Positions 63,585-64,000 of a stretch of DNA of 64,000 nucleotides are shown here, piece after piece. Source of the DNA: Spirochaetota bacterium (lineage in GTDB: Bacteria > Spirochaetota > Spirochaetia > Treponematales > UBA12059); contig JAKPPT010000068.1 of assembly GCA_029547205.1 (NCBI GenBank), positions 41,922-105,921 of the forward strand, given 5' to 3'. The notes beneath the pieces were generated by a model. That model was given only the letters and a program-made list of their open reading frames with translations, searched no databases and was not told the DNA's origin. The number at the start of each line of letters is the position of its first letter. Within the stretch, counting starts at the first letter, position 1. The position numbers and the translations under genes are program-made.

Positions 63585-64000
63585 GGATGCACAACTGGTA
63601 TATCCTGTTTATTCTCGTCGTTCCGAAGGTATTTCTATAGGCATAGACCTATTCCCCGACGCAAAACACTGTTCGTTTAATTGTCCTTACTGCGAAGTAC
63701 ATCCATTTCGTCACGATCATACCTTTAGTTTAGAGCAGCTAACCAGTGAACTTGATGCTATACTTTCTTCGTATGCAGGTACTCGTGAGCCAGTTAAAGA
63801 TATTGCATTTGCCGGCCACGGAGAGCCATTGCTTTCTCCATATTTTATAGATGCCGTCACACGTGCTATTGCAATAAAAATCAAACACATGCCAGAAATA
63901 CCAATTATACTCATTACCAATACACTACAGTTAGGGGATAATCACTTAATTAATTTTTTGCAAACGGTACGATCACAAACACCATTCTCTATTTGGGCAA
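63585..64000 (+). CDS. Radical SAM domain protein, N-terminal part (runs off the window)
   Basis: CSFNCPYC cluster motif. The frame stays open to the window end. Confidence 0.65.

Noticed and set aside
1-64000. CRISPR arrays, transposases or integrases, prophage genes, rRNA
   Set aside because: None were seen. The only repeats are the 20-bp dispersed family, which lacks CRISPR-like regular spacing apart from one triplet with no cas genes.

Overview
This 64-kb window looks like chromosomal DNA from a low-GC anaerobic bacterium; the gene content (hcp, kamDE, CoADR-rhodanese, cdaA-cdaR, rpoN-hpf, grpE-dnaK-dnaJ) is compatible with a spirochete or Firmicute-like organism. It is mostly housekeeping operons. 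Core genes: hcp, kamDE (B12-dependent lysine 5,6-aminomutase), tRNA-Asp and tRNA-Pro, an MFS transporter, rhodanese plus CoADR-rhodanese, malQ, murB, truA, acpS, cdaA-cdaR, folP, grpE-dnaK-dnaJ, rpoN-hpf, a YtrA-type GntR-regulated ABC/FtsX/LolA-like/OMP export cluster, potABCD, metH, ybeZ-(7TM-HD)-ybeY-corC, and a tungstate-transport plus molybdopterin-cofactor operon (tupABC-moeA-moaA-moaC-MOSC-mogA). There are no transposases, integrases, CRISPR arrays or rRNA genes. The most notable signals are: (i) a ~20-bp intergenic repeat family, CACAAGCTTCnTGnCACTAA, with at least 14 copies, including a tandem triplet and inverted pairs; (ii) a secreted PLAT/LH2-domain gene broken by an in-frame TAG and a +1 frameshift; (iii) a candidate Moco/Tuco-type riboswitch ahead of the tup-moa operon; (iv) a perfect 16-bp inverted-repeat operator ahead of the YtrA-like regulator; (v) a truncated SPFH domain fused to a 4-TM module inside the ABC export operon; (vi) kamDE without the other lysine-fermentation genes; (vii) a small accessory-looking stretch (41.4-46.8 kb) of secreted and membrane proteins with a GC-rich insert.
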